DNA of 64,000 nucleotides from Alphaproteobacteria bacterium (GTDB lineage Bacteria; Pseudomonadota; Alphaproteobacteria; RF32; CAG-239): NCBI GenBank assembly GCA_017464685.1, contig JAFTYO010000003.1, positions 8,137 to 72,136 of the forward strand, read 5' to 3'. Shown piece by piece: positions 42,801 to 51,624 of this stretch (position 1 is its first letter; each line of letters starts with the position of its first letter). The notes under the pieces were generated by a model. It saw only the letters and a program-made list of their open reading frames with translations, ran no database searches and was not told where the DNA came from. The position numbers and the translations under genes were made by a program.

Positions 42801-44446
42801 GAGATGGTACTGCTTATGGTATTTATGCCTCAGAAGGAGCAAGTGTAGAAAATACCAAAAATGTAACGGTTTCTTCTACATCAGGTTCAGCTTACGGTAT
42901 TTATTCTTCCGGAGGAAATGTAACAAATAGCGGAACAATAAAAGTCACGGGAACTGATGGTAATATCTTTGGTATCTATGCTACATACGGGGCTACAGTT
43001 ACCAATACGAATACAATTATATTAAATACGGAGAGTTGTGATGGTACTACCTGTGATGGCTCAGCAACATATAACAACTTTATCGTACTTGATAATGGGG
43101 CAGTATATGTCAACCGAGGAGTGACTCAAACATCATTATCGCTTGATTTTGATGATAACAACGGAACTGTTGCTTTAGGTAAAGACGGAGTGTTTAAAGC
43201 ATCGGCTCTTAACGGAACGATGGCAATTGACACAAGTGTTGTTGAGAGCGGTTTTGAAGATGCTTATGTTGAAGTTGATGCTTTACAAAGCTCAAACATC
43301 AATGTTAATGCAGTATCAAATTCTGCAATGTTTGATGCCAGTGTTCAAAAAAATGGGGACAAAGACAGTGCAAATGTTGTCTTAACCAGAAAATCTTTTG
43401 ATGACTTGTCTGCATCTTCATCAATTGCAAAATTCTTGGAAACCAACTATAATCAGCAAAATAATGAAAGTTTGTTTGCTGAACTTAAAAGAGCATCAAC
43501 GCATACCTATTCTGCGGTTGAGGCTTCAAATTTGGGATATGGTTTAATTCCGAACTTTGCTCACGAAAACTTAAATGTATTAAGAAACTTAAACTCAACA
43601 TTAAACGATGAATTGTTTGAAACCACAGGTGCTCTGCGTAAAATGGTCGGATATGATTATTTGTATCAATCTCGTGATACAAAGGGAACATTAACCGGTT
43701 ATGAAAACTACGCAAATACCATGTACTTTATGTATGATAAAGAAAATGACAATTTGTTAAGAACAGGTCTTGGTATGAGTATAACTCAGTTTTCAAGTGA
43801 TTATGACGATGATTCAAGTCGTAAGGAAGTTATGGCACAAGTACTTGTTCCGGTATCATACATTGAGAACAATATGAGCTATGCTTCAATAGCAAGGTTT
43901 GGTTATGCTGATGGTGAATATGAACGTCAAACTCCAAACGGCAAGTTTGAATCTGATTTAACATCTTGGATTTATGGTTTAAGTAACCAAGCTCGTTATA
44001 ATATGGATTTAGGCTTTATGGAGATTGAACCGACAGCTGAGTTTAATGTATTGGGTTATTATCAAAACCGAATCCGTGAAAACAAAGATAAAATCGGATC
44101 GATAAAAGCTGATGGTGAGAACAATTTATCAGTTGAAGCCGGTCTTGGTCTTAGTGCTAAAAAAGATGTTGAATTTGATACAAACAACAAATTGAGCTTT
44201 AAGGCAAGTGCGATGTATTATCACGAATTTGCTAAGCCGTATCACAGCTTGAATGCATCTTTAAATGGTATGGACGGCACATACAAAATCACCGATTATG
44301 AAAATATTTATGATAGGGATAGAGGTATGTTGAGCCTTGGGGTTGATTATAGATATAAACCGTTTACATTTTATGGTAAATTCAGACAGTTTATAGAAGA
44401 TGAAAATCCGTTTGAGGCTAATGCCGGTGTGAAGTATAACTTCTAA
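39866..44446 (+). CDS. giant autotransporter: signal peptide, ankyrin-like repeat, Gly/Ala-rich segment, ~11 EGF-like repeats, repetitive beta-helical passenger, C-terminal beta-barrel
   Basis: Signal peptide and DEDGVTAWCLAKESNDTCAMGVLEQMGAD (ANK-like). Repeated C-x-C-x5-G-x2-C units. (V/T)(E/T)NSG.I.V..T....YGIY passenger repeats. The C-terminal ~280 aa have alternating barrel strands ending GVKYNF. Confidence 0.85.
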   Translation: MSLNRKFRAIVALITVVCFSYNSYAASSQVVDSLYNYAHNKQVSKIKYMLNTMGYDIDVEDEDGVTAWCLAKESNDTCAMGVLEQMGADTEQRCGLPWGYIGAAAGVVAVGGAIAAAAGGGGGGSDPCSGVVCGDNEHCLKGQCVCNAGFLEFDDVCYPDLNCSAQKNSDGKQYKDACNCINGFSGNLCTECTGVLGNDGICYEKLDCGQEHQGYQQNGACICINDYSGTDCQTCNGHDESQTCWEKLDCGDNGYQKNNECHCENGYTGENCRTCDGQIGIDGKCYPTATCLNGGYQINDGCKCINGYTGVLCETCNGYEENGTCWEKLECGDHGTQKNDMCVCKDGYSGSDCTTCTGYVGADDGICYSDVRCANGGTQVGGVCDCTNANGYSGTYCDVCEGVVQNGICYEKKECQNGDQVANECVCDKNWDGELCDVCPTYLQDGICYDKVECQNGGTQDKYGCDCTNANGYSGELCDVCAGTKQGSVCYPTLTCNNGTQVENRCECYEGYDGADCTECATGYDHYGDETQCYKTLESEDCVHGSQQGNNCVCEGYWSGTKCDTCTGVEQDGACYQTLECGEHGTQVGNTCECEENYYRDGTGKCVSSSDAVTMNTFDGNNNYMFNESVSKTQQNYGDVYGLVYDADPANPTNHITGDQYDMYINYLDNEEESDEVKNTRTLTLNNLGDGNVYGVYSKNAENMYLTYLDLQAAVTQGTQTTNLTINNGGEIVGTQGLVSGGNGEVYGIWSTGSTDVYNMAQDLGTDIDNTVNMSSEINISGIGTGDLYGMYNNEYGNLNNGLYDVVEDKNIITDNAVINVESKGSGTVYGMRSYGGNIINSGVVDVSSASGDAHGIYVDDLGDVLNLHKVIVEGNKSDATGIDNRGYGDVTNSGTVDVSGNTSSMWGIFSSSGLVSNQGTVTVTNNSGSVSGIHASDSSVENSGAITVSNTGDNPAYGIYTTNNSVENSGDITVSNTGDGTAYGIYASEGASVENTKNVTVSSTSGSAYGIYSSGGNVTNSGTIKVTGTDGNIFGIYATYGATVTNTNTIILNTESCDGTTCDGSATYNNFIVLDNGAVYVNRGVTQTSLSLDFDDNNGTVALGKDGVFKASALNGTMAIDTSVVESGFEDAYVEVDALQSSNINVNAVSNSAMFDASVQKNGDKDSANVVLTRKSFDDLSASSSIAKFLETNYNQQNNESLFAELKRASTHTYSAVEASNLGYGLIPNFAHENLNVLRNLNSTLNDELFETTGALRKMVGYDYLYQSRDTKGTLTGYENYANTMYFMYDKENDNLLRTGLGMSITQFSSDYDDDSSRKEVMAQVLVPVSYIENNMSYASIARFGYADGEYERQTPNGKFESDLTSWIYGLSNQARYNMDLGFMEIEPTAEFNVLGYYQNRIRENKDKIGSIKADGENNLSVEAGLGLSAKKDVEFDTNNKLSFKASAMYYHEFAKPYHSLNASLNGMDGTYKITDYENIYDRDRGMLSLGVDYRYKPFTFYGKFRQFIEDENPFEANAGVKYNF
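40247..41683 (+). repeat. tandem array of ~11 EGF-like 6-Cys modules (41-46 codons each) inside the autotransporter
   Basis: Examples are CNCINGFSGNLC, CICINDYSGTDC, CHCENGYTGENC and CKCINGYTGVLC. Each is followed by C-x2-C-x7-12-C-(Y/W). Confidence 0.8.
42686..42841 (+). repeat. two near-identical 78-nt tandem units in the passenger region (further diverged units follow to ~43020)
   Basis: GTGGAAAATTCCGG.G..ATAACGGTTTCCAATACAGGAGAT...GCTTATGGTATTTAT occurs at 42686 and again at 42764. Confidence 0.75.
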
Positions 44447-44452
44447 ATAAAA

Positions 44453-44474
44453 GGGAGCTGTGAAGCTCCCTTTT
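44453..44474 (+). terminator. intrinsic terminator of the autotransporter gene
   Basis: GGGAGC-TGTGAA-GCTCCC-TTTT. Confidence 0.7.
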
Positions 44475-44492
44475 GCAATTTTAGTTAAGTAA

Positions 44493-44786
44493 GTTTTTTT
44501 TGCTTTTTTAAGCCTAATTTCAAACCATAAGTCTAAAGCCGTAAGGATGTTAAAAAATTTGTAAAACAAATTCGGTGTTCGCTGTCAAATCTGTTGAAAT
44601 AACTTGAATAGATACCATTTTTGTTCTAAATCTTCATAAGAAACTCCCCCTTGACAAGGAATTTTACTGGGGATTGATGTTTTGTAGACACCATCACCGT
44701 TTGGCGATAGGGTTTATGTTAAATGTTTTCTAAAAATTTTACAAATAAAAAGAGTTGATATTGATATTTCAATTAAATTTGAGGTA
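44493..44786 (-). pseudogene. degenerate inverted copy of the promoter + XRE-HTH element (internal ~200-bp deletion)
   Basis: The reverse complement matches 37025-37082 (..AAATTTTTAGAAAACATTTAA..CGCCAAACGGTGATGGTGT) and 37380-37480 (GAACACCGAATTTGTTTT.CAAATTTTTTAACATCCTTACGG.TTTAGACTTATGGTTTGAAATTAGGCTTAAAAAAGCAAAAAAA). The HTH frame is interrupted. Confidence 0.6.
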
Positions 44787-44860
44787 AAATCAGGGGATAT
44801 GTTTATAAACTCTTGCTAATCAAAAAGAATCTTTTATTTTGTAGATATATGGAGTATGTG

Positions 44861-45586
44861 ATGAAAAAACAGTATAAACGCATTTTTATATTAACCGGAG
44901 CCGGAATTTCTGCCGAATCGGGGCTTTCGACTTTCAGAGATTCTGATGGTTTATGGAACAATCATAAGGTTGAAGATGTCGCAACCCTTGAGGCATTTGA
45001 AAAAAATCCGGCTTTTGTTCATAAATTTTACAACGAATTAAAGCCCGAAATTTTAAATGCAAAACCTAATCCGGCACACCTTTGTTTGGCAAAATTGCAA
45101 GAAAAATATAAAGGTAAGGTTAATATCATCACACAAAATGTTGATATTTTGCACGAAAAAGCTTCAAGCAAAAACATATATCATATTCACGGAAAAATTG
45201 ATGAAGCAATGTGTTTGGAATGCGGACATATTTTGCAATCGGCAGAAGATGTTGATATGTCAACAATATGTCCCCATTGTGCCACAAAGGGCAAATTTAA
45301 ACCCAATATAGTGTTTTTTGGTGAAATGCCTTTGTATATGCCTGAGGTTGAAAAACATTTAAGAGAATGTGATTTATTTGTTTCGGTCGGCACATCGGGA
45401 GTGGTGTATCCGGCCGCCGGTTTTGTTTATACGGCAAAATATTACGGTGCCGATACCATAGAGTTTAATTTGACAACCACTTCCAATAATTATTTGTTTG
45501 ATGAGCATATTGAAGGTAAATGCTCAATTACATTGCCTGAGTTTGTAGAACAACTGCTTGAAACACAAGAAAACAACGGAGAGTAA
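44861..45586 (+). CDS. cobB: NAD-dependent protein deacylase (Sir2 family)
   Basis: GAGISAESGLSTFRD, QNVDILHE and Zn-ribbon CxxC..CxxC motifs. GGAG lies 6 nt before the ATG at 44861. Confidence 0.85.
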   Translation: MKKQYKRIFILTGAGISAESGLSTFRDSDGLWNNHKVEDVATLEAFEKNPAFVHKFYNELKPEILNAKPNPAHLCLAKLQEKYKGKVNIITQNVDILHEKASSKNIYHIHGKIDEAMCLECGHILQSAEDVDMSTICPHCATKGKFKPNIVFFGEMPLYMPEVEKHLRECDLFVSVGTSGVVYPAAGFVYTAKYYGADTIEFNLTTTSNNYLFDEHIEGKCSITLPEFVEQLLETQENNGE

Positions 45587-45588
45587 AA

Positions 45589-47367
45589 ATGCAAATAAAA
45601 GAAGACGAACAAAGAAAAAAAATGGCTGTAAAGTTGATAATTAAGACTATTGTTTATTCTTTTGCAATTTTTGGAGTGTTGTTTATATTGATTTTGGTCG
45701 GAGTGTTGTCAATTATGAGCCCTACAATAACAATTGCCGGAGTGCCCGACAGTGCAATTTTGGAGATAGATTTTAACAAAAACTATACCGAAAGCCGAAG
45801 TGATGATTTTTTTGCCGAATTTACCGGAGCTTCAACGCACTCAGTTTTTGATTTGATAAGAGCCATAAATATTGCCGCCGATGATGAAAAAATTAAGGCC
45901 ATAAAAGCCAATATCATCGTCTCTTCACTGGGATTGGCGCAAATTCAGGATATTGCAACGGCTATTAAAGCATTTAGAGCAAAAGGTAAAAAAGCTTATG
46001 TATATTCAAGTTCAATGGGTGGCAGTAAAGAATATTATCTGGCATCACATTTTGACCAAATTTGGCTTCAACCGTCTGCCGAAATAGCGGTTACGGGTGT
46101 TAATATTGAAGTGCCGTTTTTTAAAAATATTTTGCAAAAATTTGGTGTTGAGCCCGAATTTTATTCTCGTTATGAATATAAAACGGCGGTCAGTTCACTA
46201 CTAAACTCTGATTTTAGCCGAGAATATCGTCAAGAATTAAACAAAGTCGGAAACGGTTTTTACAATCAACTGGTTATGGGTATTGCAAAGAACCGAAATT
46301 TGGCGGAAACAGATGTTGAAAATGCCATTAATAAAGCGCCTTTATGGGCAAGTTTGGCTCTTAAGCTAAAGCTTGCTGATAAACTCGGTTATGTGCAAGA
46401 CTTAAATGATTATCTTAAAACAACATATAGCGCACAAGTTGTAGATATAGACAACTATATGGCGGGAATAAAGGAACTCAATAAAAAAGACTTGCCTTTG
46501 GTTGCTTTTCTGGTCTTAGACGGTATGATTGAAGACGGACTAAGCTCAAGCAGTCCGCTAAATGAGGCGGTTGTGGGTGCAAACAGCATTTTGGCACAAA
46601 TTGAAGATTTAAAAAAACAAGAAAATCTTAAAGCTTTGGTGTTGAGGATAAATTCCCCCGGCGGAAGTTATACGGCATCTGACGAAATCAGGTATGCAAT
46701 TGAAAGTTTGAAAAAAGAAAAAAATATTCCGGTTGTGGTATCAATGTCTGATTATGCGGCTTCCGGCGGATACTTTATCTCAACAGCGGCTGATTATATT
46801 GTGGCCGAACCTGCAACTCTTACGGGGTCAATCGGGGTTTTAGGCGGTAAAATCGTTTTTGAAAAACTGTGGGAAAAACTTGATATAAATTGGGGTGAAA
46901 TAAGTTTTGGCGATAATGCTTCGTTTTTAAGTATAAACCATAAATTTGATGAAAACGAAAAGAAAACATTTAATGCATCGCTTGATAGGATTTATCAAGA
47001 CTTTACATCAAAGGTAATGCAAGCCAGAAACTTTGATGAAGAAAAAATAAATGAGGTTGCAAGAGGCAGGGTTTGGCTCGGTAAAGATGCATATTCGCTT
47101 GGTCTTGTTGATGCTTTAGGCGGGGTTGATGTTGCTTTATTAAAAGCAAAGGCTTTGGCAAAAATCGACTCAGGTGATAAGTTTTTGCTCAATTATTATC
47201 CCAGAAAACAAAGTTTTCAGGAAAAACTTACCAAATATATTGAAAACGGCGGCGGTTTACCGACAGTCAGGTTGACGGAAAAATTCGGACAATGGGCAGA
47301 TGATATAAAAATGCTTTACAAACTTCGTTTTGATGCAATTATACCGCCGTTTAAGGTGCTGATGTAA
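45589..47367 (+). CDS. sppA: signal peptide peptidase SppA (67K type)
   Basis: N-terminal TM and two ClpP/crotonase-like halves. Contains INSPGGSYTASDEI and DYAASGGYFIS. Confidence 0.85.
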   Translation: MQIKEDEQRKKMAVKLIIKTIVYSFAIFGVLFILILVGVLSIMSPTITIAGVPDSAILEIDFNKNYTESRSDDFFAEFTGASTHSVFDLIRAINIAADDEKIKAIKANIIVSSLGLAQIQDIATAIKAFRAKGKKAYVYSSSMGGSKEYYLASHFDQIWLQPSAEIAVTGVNIEVPFFKNILQKFGVEPEFYSRYEYKTAVSSLLNSDFSREYRQELNKVGNGFYNQLVMGIAKNRNLAETDVENAINKAPLWASLALKLKLADKLGYVQDLNDYLKTTYSAQVVDIDNYMAGIKELNKKDLPLVAFLVLDGMIEDGLSSSSPLNEAVVGANSILAQIEDLKKQENLKALVLRINSPGGSYTASDEIRYAIESLKKEKNIPVVVSMSDYAASGGYFISTAADYIVAEPATLTGSIGVLGGKIVFEKLWEKLDINWGEISFGDNASFLSINHKFDENEKKTFNASLDRIYQDFTSKVMQARNFDEEKINEVARGRVWLGKDAYSLGLVDALGGVDVALLKAKALAKIDSGDKFLLNYYPRKQSFQEKLTKYIENGGGLPTVRLTEKFGQWADDIKMLYKLRFDAIIPPFKVLM

Positions 47368-47435
47368 AAGTTTTTGCTTGCAAGTTAATTTGTAAGTTGT
47401 TAAAACAACAAAAAGTTTTTAAGAAAGGTTGAATT

Positions 47436-47723
47436 ATGGCAGTTGATAATCAAACAGTTGAACAAATTGCTTTTCTTTCAAGGTTGAAAATTGATGAGAA
47501 TAAGCTTGAAGAGACAAAAGATGAGTTTAATAAGATATTAAATTGGGTGGCAGAACTTCAAGAAGTTAATACCGACAATGTGGAACAGCTTGTTTCGGTA
47601 AATGAAGAAAATTTGTTTTGCCGTGAAGATGTGGTAAAAGACGGCAACATAAAAAATGAAGTGCTTAAAAATGTACCTTTAAGTGAGTTTGGCTATTTTG
47701 CAGTGCCGAAAGTTGTGGAGTAA
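47436..47723 (+). CDS. gatC: Asp/Glu-tRNA amidotransferase subunit C
   Basis: 95 aa, LSRLKIDE..., followed directly by gatA and gatB. Confidence 0.9.
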   Translation: MAVDNQTVEQIAFLSRLKIDENKLEETKDEFNKILNWVAELQEVNTDNVEQLVSVNEENLFCREDVVKDGNIKNEVLKNVPLSEFGYFAVPKVVE

Positions 47724-47727
47724 AAAT

Positions 47728-49182
47728 ATGACAGATTTAACTGATTTAACCATTGCTCAGGTAATTAGCGGATTAAGTAAAAAAGATTTTAGTGCGACTG
47801 AACTTACCAAAGCTTATATCAAAAATATGCAAAACGGCCGCAAATATAATGCCTATGTAACCGAATGTGTGGAAACAGCTTTGAAACAAGCAAAGGTTTC
47901 TGATGAAAAATATTTAAACAATACGGCTCGTCAACTTGAGGGAGTGCCTTTGGGTATTAAAGATTTGTTTTGTACCAAAGGTATTAAGACAACTGCTTGT
48001 TCACAAATTTTGGAAAATTTTGTTCCCGAATATGAGTCAACCGTAACTGCCAATTTATTAAATGCGGGAGCTTTGTTTTTAGGCAAACTTAATATGGACG
48101 AATTTGCCATGGGCGGCAGCAATGAGACCAGTTTTTTTGGTCCGTGCATCAACCCTTGGAGCAAAGATGTCGATTTAATTTCCGGCGGTTCTTCGGGTGG
48201 TTCGGCAGCAGCTGTTTGCGCCAAGATGTGTGCGGCGGCAACCGGTACCGATACCGGAGGCTCAATCAGACAACCGGCCGCATATTGCGGTATAACCGGA
48301 GTTAAGCCTACATATGGCAGATGTTCTCGCTATGGAATTATTGCTTTTGCTTCTTCTTTAGACCAAGCCGGTCCGATGGCAAAAGATGTCACTGATTGCG
48401 CTATTTTATTAAAACATATGGCAGGTTTTGATGAAAAAGATTCAACTTCGGCCAAAATAGAAGTGCCTGATTTTGTAAAAGTTTTGGGCTCTGATATCAG
48501 AGGTTTAAAGGTTGGTATTCCAATTGAGTATCGTTCGGATAAATTAAATTTGTCAATTGCCAAAGCTTGGGATTTGGCCGCCGATATGTTAAGAAAAAGA
48601 GGAGCCGAAATTGTAGATATAAGTTTGCCGCATACAAAATATGCTTTGCCGGTATACTATATCATTGCACCGGCCGAAGCATCTTCAAATTTAGCTCGTT
48701 ATGACGGGTTAAGATACGGAAAACGCATTGACGGTAACAGCTTAGATGAAATGTATATCAACAGCAGAACGGCCGGATTCGGTAAAGAGGTTAAGCGCCG
48801 TATTATGGTCGGAACATATGTGTTATCGGCAGGATATTATGATGCATATTATGTTAAGGCGCAAAAAGTTCGCCGTTTAATCAGACAAGATTTTATCAGT
48901 GCATTTGAAAAATGTGATATTATATTGGCGCCTACATCGCCGACAACGGCATTTGCAATCGGTGATAAATCAATGCAGTCAAATCCGATAAATATGTATT
49001 TAAACGATGTGTTTACGGTGTCGGTAAACTTGGCCGGACTTCCGGCAATGAGCCTGCCGACCGGACTTTGTGAACAAGGATTGCCCATAGGTATGCAATT
49101 GATAGGAAAACCTTTTGATGAAGAAACAATTTTTAAAACAGGTCTTGCGTTGGAACAAGATGCAAATTTTAAGAGGAAATAA
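47728..49182 (+). CDS. gatA: Asp/Glu-tRNA amidotransferase subunit A
   Basis: Amidase signature [11 protein letters not shown] and [11 protein letters not shown]. The ATG at 47728 lies just after the gatC stop. Confidence 0.9.
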   Translation: MTDLTDLTIAQVISGLSKKDFSATELTKAYIKNMQNGRKYNAYVTECVETALKQAKVSDEKYLNNTARQLEGVPLGIKDLFCTKGIKTTACSQILENFVPEYESTVTANLLNAGALFLGKLNMDEFAMGGSNETSFFGPCINPWSKDVDLISGGSSGGSAAAVCAKMCAAATGTDTGGSIRQPAAYCGITGVKPTYGRCSRYGIIAFASSLDQAGPMAKDVTDCAILLKHMAGFDEKDSTSAKIEVPDFVKVLGSDIRGLKVGIPIEYRSDKLNLSIAKAWDLAADMLRKRGAEIVDISLPHTKYALPVYYIIAPAEASSNLARYDGLRYGKRIDGNSLDEMYINSRTAGFGKEVKRRIMVGTYVLSAGYYDAYYVKAQKVRRLIRQDFISAFEKCDIILAPTSPTTAFAIGDKSMQSNPINMYLNDVFTVSVNLAGLPAMSLPTGLCEQGLPIGMQLIGKPFDEETIFKTGLALEQDANFKRK

Positions 49183-49184
49183 CA

Positions 49185-50642
49185 ATGGCGGAAAATATTA
49201 TAAAAACACAAAACGGCGAATGGGAAATGGTATGCGGTTTAGAAATTCATTGCCAGATTATTTCCAAGTCTAAAATTTTCAGTTCGGCATCAACCGAATA
49301 TGGCGCCGATGCAAATGAAAATGTGTCTTTTGTTGATGTTGCCATGCCCGGAATGTTGCCGGTGTTAAATGAAGAGTGTGTGCGTCAGGCGGTTAAAACT
49401 GGTTTGGGCTTAAATGCAAAAATCAATAATCGTTCGGTTTTTTCTCGTAAAAACTATTTTTATGCCGATTTGCCTCAGGGATATCAAATTACGCAATATG
49501 AGTATCCGCTTGTGGGTGAGGGTGAAGTTGTAATTGATTTGCCAAATGGTGAAACAAGAAAAATCGGTATTGAACGAATCCATATTGAGCAAGATACCGG
49601 AAAATCCATTCATGATATTAACCCCAAAAAAAGTTACATAGATTATAATCGTGCCGGTGTGGGCTTGATGGAGCTCGTTACAAAACCTGATTTCAGGTCT
49701 GCAGAGGAGGTTGGTGCGTTTTTGAAAAAGTTGCGTTCAATTGTGCGTTATTTGGGGACTTGTGACGGCAATATGGACGAGGGCTCAATGCGTTGTGATG
49801 CCAGTGTTTCGGTTAGACCTTTGGGAAGTTTGGATTTAAGACCGAGAGCCGAAATTAAAAATGTGAACTCGGTTAAGTTTGTTATGCAGGCAATAGACTA
49901 TGAGGCAAAAAGGCAGGTCGAAGTTTATGAAAACGGCGGAAGTATCGAACAACAAACCAGAAACTTTGACCAAAACACCGGTGAAACAAAATTTTTGCGT
50001 GTAAAAGAAAATGCCAATGAATATCGCTATTTTCCGGAGCCCGATTTACCGCCTTTGGTTTTATCAGATGAGTTTATCGAAAGTGTCAGAAACGAAATGT
50101 GCGAATTGCCCGATACAAAAAAAGAACGCTTTGTCCATGAGTTAAAATTGCCCCATTATGATGCATCGGTTTTGTGTGAAAACAAAGAAACGGCAGAGTT
50201 TTTTGAAAAAGCTGCCACAGGCAGAGATGCAAAAAAAGTTGCAAACTGGGTTATGGGTGACTTTTTTGCCATGCTTAATGCCAAGCATTTAAGTTTGGAA
50301 AATTCTCCGGTATCGGCTGAAAACTTGGGTGCTTTGGTTGATTTAATTTCCAATAATATAATCAACGGTAAAACCGCAAAAGATGTTTTTGCAATTATGG
50401 TAGAGACCGGTAAAGCCCCTGATGTCATTGTGGAAGAAAACGGCTTAAGGCAGGTTACCGATACCAAGGCTATTGAAAGTATTGTTGATGCGGTTATAAA
50501 GGAAAATCCGGATAATGTTGCGGCTTACAAAGGCGGAAAGCAAAACTTGATGGGATGGTTTGTCGGACAAGTAATGAAACAATCTAAAGGAACGGCGAAT
50601 CCGGCACTTGTAAATCAGATATTAAAAGAAAAGTTGGGTTAA
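49185..50642 (+). CDS. gatB: Asp/Glu-tRNA amidotransferase subunit B
   Basis: GLEIHCQI, NYFYADLPQGYQITQ and EYRYFPEPDLPP motifs. Confidence 0.95.
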   Translation: MAENIIKTQNGEWEMVCGLEIHCQIISKSKIFSSASTEYGADANENVSFVDVAMPGMLPVLNEECVRQAVKTGLGLNAKINNRSVFSRKNYFYADLPQGYQITQYEYPLVGEGEVVIDLPNGETRKIGIERIHIEQDTGKSIHDINPKKSYIDYNRAGVGLMELVTKPDFRSAEEVGAFLKKLRSIVRYLGTCDGNMDEGSMRCDASVSVRPLGSLDLRPRAEIKNVNSVKFVMQAIDYEAKRQVEVYENGGSIEQQTRNFDQNTGETKFLRVKENANEYRYFPEPDLPPLVLSDEFIESVRNEMCELPDTKKERFVHELKLPHYDASVLCENKETAEFFEKAATGRDAKKVANWVMGDFFAMLNAKHLSLENSPVSAENLGALVDLISNNIINGKTAKDVFAIMVETGKAPDVIVEENGLRQVTDTKAIESIVDAVIKENPDNVAAYKGGKQNLMGWFVGQVMKQSKGTANPALVNQILKEKLG

Positions 50643-50643
50643 T

Positions 50644-51624
50644 ATGGCAAAGAAAAAAGAACGAAAAATCCCCGAAGTGTTGGTGTTTACGGACATCAAC
50701 AACTATTATGATGATTTGGCATCGTTTGTAATACTTGCCTATTTGGCAGAGCATGGTTATATTAACATTAAAGGTATTATCACCGAGCTTGGTGTTTATG
50801 AGGTCAGACGAAGAAGGGCAATGTATGCAAAAGGCGCAATGCAATATTTGGGACAATCTTTTGTCAGAGTAGTCCCCGGTGGTGATTATGAGGTTAAAGA
50901 TGAAATTTTTGAGAATAATTATCCCGAAAATGAGTTTTCAAAAATATTTGAAGATGCCGGTATGACCATTTTAAGAAGCGGTATAGTGTTTTTGCAAGAA
51001 TATATTAAATCGGTTAAAGATAAAAATATATTTATATTGCTCAATGCTCCGTTTGCCGATTTTGCAAAATATATAAAAGGTACGCAAGATACCTTAAAGA
51101 AAAAAGTTAAAAAAATTGTGGTGATGGGTGATGTTTTGGAAAATAAAACCGAAAGCGGAAAATATTTACCTAATCCGGAATGTTTTAATTTTCAAACAGG
51201 TTATCCTGCTGCCGAAATTTTGTTTGACTACGTGCAGGAAAAAGATGTAAAAACCGTTTTGGTTCCCTCAAAAAATATTAAAAAACTTGATATGGATTTT
51301 AAGTTTTTGGAGCAGTTTAAAACTTCTAAAAATCCGGTAGTTCGGGCTTTGATTGAGGCCTCAAAAGAATGTGATGCATTATCAATGATATATGATATGA
51401 TTTCGGCTTTAACATTGGCAGAAGGAATGTTCAAAAAATCAGGTGGAAGCATTGAAAAAGAGGAGGGTTGTCAAAATCAGTTTTTCTTTGCTGATGTTAT
51501 TGAGCCGGTGCTTATGAAAGAAAAAATTGAAGAAATTTTTGCCGAAAAGTTCACACCGAAAAAAATCACACTTGCACAATTAACTCGTACAAAACCGGAA
51601 GAAGAAAATGTGGTACTTAAGTGA
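50644..51624 (+). CDS. divergent nucleoside-hydrolase-fold-like protein
   Basis: N-terminal VLVFTDINNYYDDLASFVILAYLA resembles the IUNH D-x-D-x3-DD motif, but with 2 extra residues and the first Asp missing. Assignment is tentative. Confidence 0.35.
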   Translation: MAKKKERKIPEVLVFTDINNYYDDLASFVILAYLAEHGYINIKGIITELGVYEVRRRRAMYAKGAMQYLGQSFVRVVPGGDYEVKDEIFENNYPENEFSKIFEDAGMTILRSGIVFLQEYIKSVKDKNIFILLNAPFADFAKYIKGTQDTLKKKVKKIVVMGDVLENKTESGKYLPNPECFNFQTGYPAAEILFDYVQEKDVKTVLVPSKNIKKLDMDFKFLEQFKTSKNPVVRALIEASKECDALSMIYDMISALTLAEGMFKKSGGSIEKEEGCQNQFFFADVIEPVLMKEKIEEIFAEKFTPKKITLAQLTRTKPEEENVVLK

